Assembly (NCBI GenBank): GCA_051362555.1
Contig: CM120648.1
Location: 7,498,587-7,562,586 of the forward strand
Direction of reading: 5' to 3'
DNA length: 64,000 bases
Origin: Lingula anatina
Lineage: Eukaryota > Animalia > Brachiopoda
The notes below the pieces were generated by a model. It was not told where the DNA came from. It saw only the letters and a list, made by a program, of their open reading frames with translations, and ran no database searches. Made by a program: the position numbers and the translations under genes. Below, in pieces: positions 21,596 to 33,775 of this stretch (position 1 is its first letter; each line of letters begins with the position of its first letter).

Positions 21596-22837
21596 TCATT
21601 CACCGTTACTAATGTCATTCTTAGAGGTGCAATCAGACTGGCTCCACCATTTATCGATCCTCTCATATGTCTTCCTCGGTTCATTTTTATTGTTTAGTTT
21701 TGCGCATAATTCACACCAAGATGGCAGCCATTTAACCCCGAAATATCCAGTACCATCAAATTTATTTTTGGTCTCCAGATATTGTATATACTTGGTGTCA
21801 TTTTTATCCAGGTCTATTAAAAATCGCGCCAGTTCTTTAGGCGAACGGAAATCGGCTGCATTTACATAGGACTGAGGTGGGCCAAATTTAGAGTAATCGG
21901 CAGCACCCCTCACCACGGGCACGGTGTCTAACGGAATTATCTTGAAGTACTTTTCCGTGACATAATCTTTACAGAAAGCGTTTTCGAAACTCAGATAAAA
22001 CTTGTACTTTCGGCCAACCATCTTGAGACACGCTTGATCTTCTTTATCCCATTCTTTTTTACAAGTCATGTTCCCGCAGCGTCCATATTTGTCTATGGGG
22101 ATGTATTTTTCAAGTTCAGTGACGTATTCAAATCGTCTGCTGTGAGTCTGGCAATTACTGGATATCCAGGCAATCAAGCGGCTTTTTGACTTAACCACTT
22201 CATTAAGATCTCTCTGAAGGACGAATGGGCGTTCCCAGTAACGACCATAGTAAAGACGCACGTCTGAATCTAAACGGTACGTCATGGTCCAATTGAAAAG
22301 TCCGTTCCATTTTTGATACTGGTAATTATGAGACCATCCAGGGCTTTCAAGCATCCAAAATACCCACCTCTGGTGGGGAAATCGAAAACGAGGTCGATCG
22401 TCTGCTTTCAGCTGATGAATATGAAACAAAATGGCGTCTGATTCATTCAGTCGGCTTCTGTCCTGGGAAATTTGACAGTTTTTTACCGGACAACGAAGTC
22501 TCTGGAACGGTTCACCTCCTAAACCAATGCCCCAGCCTGGCATGTCCCAAAACGAATTCCACAACAGAATTATCTTATCACTCTTTGTGTGCCCGTTGTC
22601 GCCATTGCCTGGTGGACGTGGCATGGGCAGAGCTGTATCTAACCTAATGTCTGGTTTGTCAGGCCCAGCACTAAGTTTTACGCCTATTAGCTGATCCCGC
22701 ATGGATGAGCGTGCAGCTGTTTGGGGTTTCGTATCGCCCGTCCATCGTGTCGGGAAGTAGATGTAGAATGCCACACCTACCTGCACCGCAGCTATACAAA
22801 TGAAGAATAATTTGAACTTTTTTCGGGCGTTTCTCAT
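21596..22837 (-). CDS. Alpha-1,3-fucosyltransferase (CAZy GT10), single coding exon, 413 aa, type II Golgi membrane protein
   Basis: Basic N-terminal tail plus one TM segment, 'IILLWN', 'QRWVFWMLESP', 'FNWTMTYRLDSDV' and the GT10 signature 'YKFYLSFENAFCKDYVTEKYF', ending in 'WCELCAKL'. Confidence 0.95.
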   Translation of the reverse strand: MRNARKKFKLFFICIAAVQVGVAFYIYFPTRWTGDTKPQTAARSSMRDQLIGVKLSAGPDKPDIRLDTALPMPRPPGNGDNGHTKSDKIILLWNSFWDMPGWGIGLGGEPFQRLRCPVKNCQISQDRSRLNESDAILFHIHQLKADDRPRFRFPHQRWVFWMLESPGWSHNYQYQKWNGLFNWTMTYRLDSDVRLYYGRYWERPFVLQRDLNEVVKSKSRLIAWISSNCQTHSRRFEYVTELEKYIPIDKYGRCGNMTCKKEWDKEDQACLKMVGRKYKFYLSFENAFCKDYVTEKYFKIIPLDTVPVVRGAADYSKFGPPQSYVNAADFRSPKELARFLIDLDKNDTKYIQYLETKNKFDGTGYFGVKWLPSWCELCAKLNNKNEPRKTYERIDKWWSQSDCTSKNDISNGE

Positions 22838-23899
22838 TGCGATCTTGTTATTAATACAATACGCATCCGTTTAATTAGTTTGTCCTTCCTTTCAGAATAA
22901 ATAATGGATTTATTGTATTTGTTTATATAAATAACCTCTCACAGATCCTGTATGTGATGTTTATATTTAAATGTCATCCACTAAAATTGTTGCAAATTTT
23001 CATGTATTTGTTGTAAATTGTTGTAAATTTTCTGACTGGCAGTAGACTCAAAGCCAACGTCCCACGCCTGTTGCCTCACGAATTCGATCAGCATTAGGCT
23101 GCAAACAAACTTTTAGGTTTATCCCTACAGCACAAGTGAGTGATGGCAACCGTTTTTTCAAAGTCTATCAGCTTCAGTCCTATGTATTATGAGATGTACT
23201 CCGTATATGACAGTCGCACATCAATTTTGTTCACTCCGTCACAAATGAACGGTAAATGGCACTCTTCTCTCGATTCAAGTTAAGTCCTACCTGCACGTAA
23301 TAACATACAGAAACAACCGTCTTCTCCTGGTTCCGTTGTTAATTTAGGGACTCACAATAGTATACTACATACTACATACTGCAGTACAAACAACGGCTAT
23401 TCTTATCCACAAATCAGTACTAAATTGGTTGAAATACAACATACGCTGGTAGCATAAATGAGCTCAACGCGACTTTTCCCACGTTATGAATCTAATTTAT
23501 GACATTTAATTTGCATGCACAGGCTAGGAGACATGCGGACCGTTTTCATACATCAGTTCTGTGTTTTGCCCGTGGCCATCTGCTTCACGTGAATATGCTG
23601 CCAGTAAATTTCATTGCAGTAGACCATATACTGCATATATGATAGAATAAACTGCTATACCATTTTGCAGTGTTGTTGTGAACCGTCCAAAATGACTTGC
23701 ACTTAATAAATAATTGTACTGAATTTCAGTGTATCAATTTCCATTAACGAATTAACTAATCTATGGGCTCCGACATGACTCCAGATCCGACCCAGTCTTT
23801 CACTTTACGTGCACAAAGAAGCATAACAGAACATCCTCACATCTTCAGTCTCAAGTCTAAAAGTGTCTTTATTATGTAAAAGCATTCAAATTTTATACA

Positions 23900-24290
23900 C
23901 ATTGAGAACAAAGGATAGGAAAAATGCCATCCCCTTTGTCAACGCTCATGATCCAGATGTAACAAACATTTTTCATGTGGTAGAGACCAAACTCCTCTCC
24001 TGATGACAAGTGACAAATTGAAAAACTACCTAGTGAGTGAGAAAATGATAACAGATAGCAAGAGACAACCCAAAAATCTAAAAAAAAGTTTCAACAAGGA
24101 CAAAAGTTGACTTTAACACACAAACAACATTCACAGTTAATACATGTGGAGACTCACGTTGCGTTACAGTAAAGACAATTATAATTACCTAGAAACAGAC
24201 AACAAGAAAACTTTCAAATATGGAAAGACTTTCAAAGTCAATGCCATCATGACTTGCAAATCTAAGAATTTAATTTAATATGTCACATCC
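23900..24290 (+). mobile_element. Degenerate fragment of a Penelope-like retroelement (RT-thumb to GIY-YIG linker)
   Basis: Frameshifted translation reads 'IPFVNAHDPDVTNIFHVVE...SKRQPKNLKK...VNTCGDSRCVT...YLE...FKYGKTFKVNAIMTCKSKNLI*YV'. This resembles the PLE pattern (P-F-V-x-x-H/Y-x-P; R-x-P-x-N-L; Cys-rich linker; C-x-S-x-N-L-I-Y leading into GIY-YIG). Confidence 0.7.
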
Positions 24291-24471
24291 TCTCACTGAC
24301 CCATCGTCTATCTGTTGATTAGTTCATCCACGTGAACTACAAATTTAACTTGGTTGTAATCGACACTTTAAATATATTGAGCTAAGATAACCCCATATTC
24401 TTACTTTGCGATTTTCATTGTGCGATTTTGACGGATTTTCCTATATTCTGGAATCTGTGCTTGCCATCCGC

Positions 24472-27400
24472 TTAAGCACTGACAAATGTCTCATTGATTT
24501 TCCCCATGTCAGTCAACATGGTGCCCTGCCTTGTGCTGGTATTTGTCACAGTATGCTCACCCGCCTGTCTCTTCTTCATCTTAGAGACGATTTCTTCATA
24601 TACTGCTCGATTACAGACCAAGGACCCAAAGACGAAGACACCGTCAAGCGTCGCCAGGACAATAAAGACATACCACAGAGCCTCTGTGTTGAGCAGGGAC
24701 GCCAAAAATCCGAATGTCCAGTTGGAGCCCAGAAGGACAAACAGTTTGACGTATATGCCAATCGGGTGCTCTTGGCTGGTGTTTTTCAGCTTAGCTGTCC
24801 TCTCAACCGCTTTACGCAACAGCCTCGCACAGTGGATGAAAAGACCAAGATTGGAGACGATGATGATCCCGACCGGCGACACGAGGAAGATGATGAGTGG
24901 GTATTTACGCGATATCCAACACAATCCTATCCCATAGCCTGGCTGGAATGCTGGATTCATTTCAACATGGTCGATCACTATGGCGATGGTTACTATCGCC
25001 ACGGGAACAAGAAGAGCATATATGCAATACAGGATGAAGAGACGCCTCTTGGCACCGGCAGTGTTAAACTTCATAGCGGCCGTGAAACTTAAGGTACGGC
25101 ACATGTCGATGGCCAATACATTCATCCAGAAAAAGGAGACGAGTATAGTCCAGTGTAACAGGATGGCCATAACTTTACAAACGCCTTCTGACGTCACAGC
25201 AAAGGGGGCAAAGAGGAAAATAAGTTTTGAAATTAATAACGCCAAACACAGACAAAGCTGTAAACGTGCTGGAAAAGTGGCGTACTTCTTGATACAGGGC
25301 TGAAGAATGATCCGTGTCGAAAGGCAGATTATCGAAACACTCAAGCAGACGATGGTGACAAGTCCCATGGTGCCAGATGCATTCAGTGTCATAGGTGGCG
25401 TTAATGTATTCATGGCGCTGTCATTTTGCTGATGACCATACAGAGCGGTAATGTTTTTCAGCAGATCTGCACAGATCATTATTGTGCCATTAATGTCTTT
25501 ATATTCATTTGACTGTAAAATTCTATCAAATGAACTTAACTTAATCGTGTCATTTGCAGTCCGTTTATAATCTCTGTTCCATAACCTCACGCGTTGGCAA
25601 TCTACTTTCGAAAATACAGACGAAAGGTCATTCAACGGAAAAGGACCATCATTCGGTAAAGGATCGCCATCTGTTTTCTCCGAAATAGGGGGAAGACCAT
25701 CGAAAATAGGTCCTACCGGTACTTCTTTCTTGTTTTCCAAGGTAAGGCCCTCGGGAGAGTAAACCTTATGGATGATAAAAGATCATTATTATTATTATTA
25801 TTGTTAATATTATTATTAACTCTGGCTGAGATCACCATTAAGCTAGGTATCAACCCGAAGCTGGGATACTTTCCGCTGCCGAAAGCGGAGGTCAATTAAC
25901 CTAGCTGAGCGTTGATCCAACCAAAGTACGAACAAAGCCTTCAACTCCTTTTTTCACATAATCACGAGTATTAAAATAATTGAAAACAATTCAGACACTC
26001 ACTGATGAAGGATCTGGCTCATGCAGTTTACATGTTGATCCAAGATGGCGTGATGAGTTGACTAGGGAGTCAAATACTACAATAATTATTACCTCTCAAA
26101 CGATCGTCAAACTTTAAAATTCGTGATATATCCATAACGTAACAAAATGAATTAATGAGTTTATGAATTCTTAAGAAATTACGAGTTTTTCTGGGTGCCT
26201 CGCTTACAACAACGGCAACAACGGCAAACCTGTGAAACACGAACCTACAGCCATCAACAGTATAATATAATAACCTTATTTTGCCAGGGCAAATAGGCCT
26301 GAAAGCGTGTAAATGAAATTAAGTTACCTTTAGTATGTTGGTGTTCACTTTCGCTAAAATAAAGGGAAAGGTGGCGCCGTCGTACTCTAGGAGAGTACCT
26401 GACTGAATATCTTGGACGGCCGTCTTCACAGTCTCGGTGATATCCGGTCGTTTCCGTCTCACACGAAGCTTCAGGCTCAGTGAGCAGTTGACGTTAGCCG
26501 CCAGAGGTTCGAAATGAATGTCATTAAGAACAGTGCTAAGATACAAGGTTGACAGATACGCATTCCCTAGATTTGCTGCCCAGTCCAAAAGTACACCTTC
26601 AGTGAAGGACCAGTCCATCTTAGCCCATTCTGATGTAATATTCCACGTAAGGTCGAAATCTACTAGATAGATATCCCACTGATAACGACAAGCTCCATTT
26701 ACCAGCTCGTAATCTGGGAGGCACGAAATCGGCCGACAGTCACCGAAGCTAACAGTCCCCTCTTTGCACGACAGCGTTTCAACCTCGCTTGCGACGTCCC
26801 TCCGTGAGAGGCCAACGCTGAGGCCCGTAGAGGGATTAAAGTCCATGAGCACCGAGAAAGAAAAACTACTCAGATGGGGTATTGAGCCCGTTGGTGCACC
26901 TTCTCCAGACAATGGAACATGGAGATCAAAGCATTCTATTTCTGCAACTGGGACGTTGTTACATATGGCGCAAAACTGATTCTTGTAAGTGGCGCCCCAA
27001 AAGCGGACAGGGTTGCTGAATTTCCTGCATATGTCTGCCATATAAGTGCTATTGCATGTTTCTGGGCATGTGGATATCTCTACCCTTGTGTCACACGCGT
27101 GCACTACTGTGTTATTAGGCGGATTGATCGTCAGGCGGCAGGCGGAGAACAAATCAGGATCTGACAAGTCCAGTCTCGTGACGGCATCTGTGCAATCGTA
27201 GTCGCGAGACCAGAACGTGTAGTTCGTTACGTCATTGCAGATGGCGCAGAACACGTTTTTAAAGTGTAGACCTGTGGACAGATCGGTGACGGGGGTGATG
27301 TAGGCTGCCTCGCTTTGCGTACTGAGACAGCCCTCCTCGTATTCACTGCCTCTCCAGTTATCGGCGCACTGCTCCCCTAAAACTCGAACGCCAATGACAC

Positions 27401-28280
27401 TATTGTCACTCCAACAGAACGGTTTGCTTGGAACACCGTCAACCTTTGTCTGACTTTCCGATGCATCTCTTTTGCATACGTAGGGAAAATCAAAACAACA
27501 ATCTCCATATATTTGACAAAGCTCGTTGCAAGAGCAAGCCATTGTAACATAACCGCTAAAACTAACGCTGTCCTGCTTGCTTTCACGGACAATCATTCCA
27601 CAAGCACCGGAACAAGTGTACTTCCAGGACGAAAATGCGTTTTCACAAGTCATAATTGCAGAGGTATTTTGCATTAACGTCTCGGTGATGTTCGTGTTAG
27701 ATGCACAAAAGTCGTCCATCTCTCCTTGTGGTGCTAAAGTTGGGGATAATCCAGGAATTGGTAAGGGCTGTCCATATGGCGGCCAGAAGGGATCATAGTC
27801 TCCGTAATTGGCGTAATATTGATATGATTCCATATCCTCCGGTGACTGGGTTGCAGTTTCGAAAGGATCAGTGGCACTGAAATTTCCGTCATGAACTCCG
27901 GACGCACCTGCAATAGATGCCTCACTTGTAGCTGTTTTAGCAGCATCGATATAACTGAAATTCGTGGAACCATCTCCTTGCTCGTTTGGCTGTGGGGAAG
28001 GGTCGGTTTTTAAGCTGGTGGGGTCTTCTGTGGTATTGGCTGTTACATTACCCTGCGTGTGCATGGACTTCTCCGTAACTTGGCATGGAGTGACAGAAGT
28101 CAAGTCGTCAAGAGTACTAGTATTCTGAAAGGACGCGTTCCTAGCTCGTCTGTCCCTGTCTTCTGCGCGTCTGTTCCTTACATTGCTATGTTGTTTCTGG
28201 CCGTCTATGGCACCAATCAGGGCAAAATTAATATCTGTAGTGGCCATAATCAAAAACAACAAGTTCACCATCCACGCCAT
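24472..28280 (-). CDS. Secretin/adhesion-class (Methuselah-like) GPCR with somatomedin-B domain and Cys-rich ectodomain, 2 exons, 1081 aa
   Basis: Exons 28280-26328 and 25764-24472 are joined by a phase-0 intron (AAG|gtaact ... cataag|GTT). Features: signal peptide, RNRR furin site, Ser/Thr-rich stalk, SMB-like 'CSGACG..CSCNELCQIYGDCCFDFPYVC', two 'F/YKNxFCAICN' repeats, 'SFSVLMDFN', then a family-B 7TM ('CKVMAILLHWTILVSFFWMNVLAID', 'YGIGLCWI', 'KLFVLLGSNWTFGF'). Confidence 0.9.
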
Positions 28281-28756
28281 GCTGGCTTAAAACACACTTG
28301 GGTAACTTGTACTATATATAATTATTTGATTTTTTTGTGGAACCTCACAAATTTCTTCTTTTTATTTACCGTGCACAGGCATGAGATGGAAGCAGTAAAT
28401 GTTTTTCAGTGATTTAGGGTTACACCTTGGGGACTTCGATGCTCTTCATCCCCTAACACTGTGTCTCTGTGAATACTATTAATACAGTATTTTAAGTTTG
28501 TTTGAGTATAACGAATAAGAACATCAATATGAATATCCTGATTGACGACCTTGAGTTTCCGGTGGACTTTCAAAAATGAACGTCGTGTGCACGACGAAAT
28601 TTTAACTTTGGATAATATGATACTCCTTTACAGGTACTGTGGAAAATACGATTAGCAAAAACAAAGGACAGTCATATTACTACCAAAGTATTCTCTTGCA
28701 GTTCCTATGAGGCTCTTGGTTTGGCGTTTACATTTAGAATTATCCACGAGCAATCG

Positions 28757-29322
28757 ACGACTTGTCAACGTATAGGTACGGTGGCATGTGCCATTCCCAC
28801 TTTGATGAATAGTTTGAGCAACGTTTTTCTGTCTGTTTGTCTCTTCTTCTTGTTTTACCATTAACTGTTACATGTATCAACTGATGCGACCCTTTATATA
28901 ACGCGCTATTGCTGCGCTGCCCTTTGCAATCAATTGGCAAATTGCTCTTGAGTCGTGCCTGGTTTTAATTGTGAAGCATGTCCGGTCTTAAAAGGTCATT
29001 CTTGGCAACGTGGACAACAAGACCGTTCGAATTCCGGGGTAAAGTTTGATAAAATACACTTAAGGACCCAATCAATCGCAGACTTGTCAACGCATAGGTA
29101 CGGTTGCATGTGCCCTTCCCTCATTAATGAATAGTTTCTGCCTGTTTGCCTGTTCTTTGTTTTCCATCAACAGCTACATGTATCAACTGATGCGACCCTT
29201 TTTATAGCGCGCTGTTGCTGCGCTAATTCATTCGCTCTTTGCAATCAATTAGCAAACTGATGTTGAATCGAGCCATGTCTTAAGTGTGGAGCACGAATAA
29301 AACATACTTAAGGACCCAATCA
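28757..29322. repeat. Diverged tandem duplication (~250-320 bp units) upstream of the adhesion-type GPCR, each copy with a - strand TATA box
   Basis: Both copies contain 'gacttgtcaacg.ataggtacggt.gcatgtgcc', 'tacatgtatcaactgatgcgaccctt', 'ctttgcaatcaatt.gcaaa' and 'acttaaggacccaatca'. TATATAAA at 28900-28893 and TATAAAAA at 29206-29199. Confidence 0.8.
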
Positions 29323-31430
29323 CATGTTATATGACGGCTCGAGATGCATCTTATGATCAGAACATGCGCCAATGAACTTATTTCCAACCGTGGGTGTCTT
29401 TTCTGCTTGAAATGGCGATTGAAACATTTATATACCACGCGTAGAACTAACATCGTGTGAATAGCGATGTAATGGGTGCGCCTGTCAAATTGATTTATGG
29501 ACATTTACAACAAACTTTAAGACAAAACTACGTTATATCCCACGGGCAGGGTACTTTATTAGCTTAATGGTATCGGGCGGTCATGTTAATTCTAATTATC
29601 GTTTTCATGATTGGTCCAATTATTAATAAGCCACTTATCAACCCAGTTCACTTATTGAAAAGACTTATGTATATCAGCAAAGATCAATTATCTCCTTTAA
29701 TTGTGATGGATAACCCTTTTTAAATGAAACGCACGACATTCACAGGATCTACCGGTGTATTATCATTTATTTAGACCAAACTCGTCATTGTTATCTTTTA
29801 GCACTAAATTAGTCTCCATGGAGGTGGTGAGACATCAAAGTGCCCAGGCAATCGGCGTTGCTTTATTGTTGGTAATATTTTATTAATGTTGCATTTGTGA
29901 GGGTGTGGTTAGCACCAATCAAGTCGTGTGTATTAATAGGCCATTAAGGCAGAACATACACTATTATGCTTTAGCGGAATGTTTTCTCGGTAACGTGAAC
30001 ATGTGTTCAGCGATAGTAACCAGGTATAATTTTATTTTCACAGTATTCAAAAATATTATGGCACTAGTCCATTTTTACAATGACCATGACCTAACAATAT
30101 GTTTTATAACTATGTTTTTGAAGCTACAAATAAATTAAGTATCAGGGTTATGCGTCTCTGTATTTTGAACCACAAACCAAGGCTATTTTAAAATGAATTT
30201 TTCATTTTCATATGCAAAAACTTACTCTTCTCCGATAGGATATTAACCATTCAAAATATGGTTGCCCGCCTTATATCATTACAAATGACGACCTGTGTCA
30301 TGTCAATGACCTGTTAGATTCATTAAAATGTGTGTCCATTAACGGATCAGTCTTTATTAGATATAAATAAGGGAGTGTACTTGACAAAGAACACAGACCA
30401 ATCATGCTAATGGTCGCTGAATATTTAATGAAATCATTACAGCTATATATGCGGTATTTAGTAACGTCCATTTGCCGGTGTAATAACCCCTTGGAATTAA
30501 GTGCAAAATCGGTAGATGATAAAAACAATACTTCCAGAGGTATTTGTATGATATGGTATCTTTTACTGTATAAAAATCAATTTTATTCTTTGATGGAATA
30601 TTTGGGTATTTATGTTGTGTCAAATTAAAGTTTCATAACCAAACAAAAAAGAAATGTGAGATAGATGGCCAGAAAATTATATACAATTACAATTATCACT
30701 TTTATTTGTTCGTGCTTCGCCCTTCGCTGCACTAAAATCGAAAATTGTTTCTCATATTTTTTGACAATCCCGTGTTATATTAATTTCAAAATGTTCTTAT
30801 GCAGAAAGTTTTTGTTGAACAATATTGTCACAAATGCTCAATTAAAACCGTGGAAACGGATACCGCCATTTGTTAAAAGACAACAGGCAGTTTAAGAGGA
30901 AGTTCAGGAAATGAACTTCCCCCTTGCCCCTTCCAGACATTTTTTAATACGAAATTCCAATTTGACTTTTTTGCAGTGCTCCTCTGGCGATTCACTTACT
31001 GGAATCCAAATTCATTTAATAGAGTTTATCATGTAAAATACAAGATAAACAAAAAAATGATAATTTGATTTATGTACATGGGAAAGCAAAAGCCATGCGA
31101 GGCGCATAAGATGAGATAAGTTCACATAGATACAGGGGACCTACATGTAAGCCGTAAAAAGCAGCATGGTCATAAACGTTGAGTTTAAAGAGAATCTCTG
31201 ATTTTATGGGTAACAAGTGGTCCTTTTGCAGATCGCTATACTAACTGTAACTTTCAGCAGGTGTGCGAGAAAGGTACATGCTTGACTTGTAGTATTGCGG
31301 GTTTCCTTTTTTAAATGAATGGCAAAATAAAAAGCCACCAAATTAACCTGTTACGTGTCTGTATGCTTTCGTATTCCAATACATATACAGTGTATTTTGC
31401 CCATATGTACATTGTAATGCATATTTGCAG

Positions 31431-32971
31431 CTAAAGTTGTATATTATAATACGTTTGAGGCACATATATTGCCTGCTTTCTATCACAAAGAAAGCATGGC
31501 CTTATCTTCTCGCACATTCTAGCGCATGCGCAGAAAGGCTTTTCTCGCAGTTTTTCGCGAATGACGTCAGTGGTCAGGCAAAATAAGATGCAATTGCAGA
31601 AACCCTGGCCGCTGTCACCAAACCCCTGTAAAAAGAAAGGAGAACTATATAACTTTAAGTAACATTGGCGACAATAAATCTTCGTTTTCCAACGTTCTAA
31701 TTTGGTTTAGGAACTACGTACCATGTACCTCTTCCCGTACTTAAAAAGCAGTAAACCGAAATATGTAAGTACCAAAATATATAAAAAATAATAGTAATAA
31801 TAAGCATTTAAAAAAAAGAAAATGTTAAACGACGCACCTGAAGTATAATAATCAATGCTGACATATCCGAAGGCTGATAGCCTCCTATGGCAAGGAAGAA
31901 ACGGATGGTGCCCCATATGCGCAGAAGGATGAAAATGATCGGCACAAATGTCAGCTTCCGATCTGCTCTTTCAACCGCATGGATAGTGTCGCTATCTATA
32001 TAACGGTGATGAACTTGAACAATCTGGAGTTTCGAAAAGTAAAAGTGTCTTTTGTACACAATATTTGCAATTATTGACGAGAAGCACTACTATATCATGG
32101 TTGTATTTGATTGATAAATAATAGAATTGTAAAAATTTAAAGAGAGATGGAGATAATAATTTTGGTTTGGGCGACTTAAATGTGAAAATGAAGCATACAC
32201 AAGTTATCAAAGTTCAATATAACATATCTTTAAGACATATATAATACCATATAATAGCATGGTGCAGGTTGACAGAGGTAGGCGTTATAAGATTATGTTT
32301 TATTTCTGGCTTACTCAATGAATAAGAACAGAGTTTTTTGTTTTTAAAGCGTTGCCCAACTTTTGGGCAAAATTTTATTTTTTAAAGGGCTCCTGACCAA
32401 CTAACTACCGATACATATACACTAACGAAAACTTCCCACAGCAGTTCCTAACAAATAAGACTATATATCGGACTCTATGGGAAATTGCCCAAAATCCTAC
32501 AAGGTCCTATAGGACATATGGAATCCTATAGGATGTCCGATAGATTTCCTAGAGATTTCCATAGAGTCCTGTAGCTCTCCCATAGAAAATTTTAGAATAT
32601 AGAAAAGGGTAGTACCGTTCTGTGAATGTGGCACTTTATATGACCATAGATGACTGGCGTGAGAAGATAGGCTATGATTTCCCAAGCTTTCCCCGTCAAC
32701 AGCATCCAGCCTATCTCTTCTCCCGGGCTCATGCCGTCCGAACAGGTGGTTTTAATCCAGCACCAACCGGCGCTAGTTTGGGAGCCGTCCTCCCCCAGCA
32801 CCCCATATTGCCAAGCTGTGAATGTTAACACTGCTAGAAAATGATGAATAAGTGATACAGAAACAATGAAATAAAAAGACGTAAAAATAAATGAATAAAC
32901 TATTTTATAAACTAAATAATTTTATAAAGTTATGTAAAATAAATAAATAAACAGACAGACAAAAAAACAAA

Positions 32972-33002
<31 letters not shown>

Positions 33003-33775
33003 CAAAAAGGCTGTATGTACATAAACGTGTGAGCGTATGCGTTTACCTGTGTGTGTGTGTGGGCAAATTCTTTTTGGAATATGCTACATGTAGTGTGCAT
33101 TAACTCTGCTAGAGGTCTTCTCTAGATGTTACAAATTTGTGGAAAATCTTTTGTCTAATTTGTAACATCAAGAGAGACCCATGTTAGACGGTATAGCCAT
33201 GAACTCAAAATATCCATGTATGGTAATGTGTATGCTAGAGGGTGCGTGCGATTGCGTGCGTGTACGTGTGCACCTTCCTTACCAGGTATCCCCCACGATA
33301 ACACATGGAACGCCCACACCTTGCGGTCCGCCTTTCTACTGTCACCGCCCACCACACTGACGTGAAGATACAGTGCAATCATCACCGTCCAAAAGAAACT
33401 TGCCATGCTGGAAAACGTCGTGATCACACTTTGGGCCACGCATACCGGCCCGGGATTATCGCAGTCCGTCGAGATCTCGTTGGTGTAGTTATAAACGTAC
33501 CGAATGACCCCTATCAGGTTGCCTAGCGCCGTGAAAAAGTCGACAATGCTGAGGTAAACTAGAAGCTTTCGGCTGGTTGACCGGATTTCTCTGAACGCGA
33601 TATATGTGGCGATGATCAATACGCTACCGATAATGGAAAGTATGCAACTAAGGCATGTGATTGCGACGAAATAGGCTGGGATCTTTGTATAACTTATCAA
33701 GGTGATATTATTGTTGATTGGGATCATAGTTACGGCGCTGCTGTTCCAAGTCAACGAGATCTCGTTGGTGGCCAT
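31431..33775 (-). CDS. GPR157: GPR157-like / cAMP-receptor-like (CAR family) GPCR, 4 coding exons, about 363 aa
   Basis: Exons 33775-33283, 32833-32616, 32023-31838 and 31625-31431, phase-consistent. Motifs 'LSIIGSVLII', 'RKLLVYLSIVDF', 'SFFWT', 'HVLSWGIP', 'GWCWI', 'MLLTGKAWEI', 'DRKLTFVPIIFILLRIWGTIRF', 'GFGDSGQGFCNCILFC'. The C-terminal tail is less certain. A 5'UTR intron is likely at about 34064-33862. Confidence 0.88.

Noticed and set aside
23995-24030. CTGATGA...GAAA hammerhead-like motif inside the Penelope fragment (also CTGATGA at about 26002)
   Set aside because: Stems I-III cannot be formed around the core, and the first lies within decayed coding sequence.
24406-25303. + strand ORFs of 228, 147 and 107 aa (similar ones at 2977-3665, 21486-21869, 26764-28412)
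   Set aside because: Antisense shadows of real - strand CDSs with no recognisable motifs.
24472-28280. Treating ORFs 26319-28280 and 24472-25740 as two genes or as a disrupted pseudogene
   Set aside because: A phase-0 GT-AG intron (26327-25765) joins them into one intact frame.
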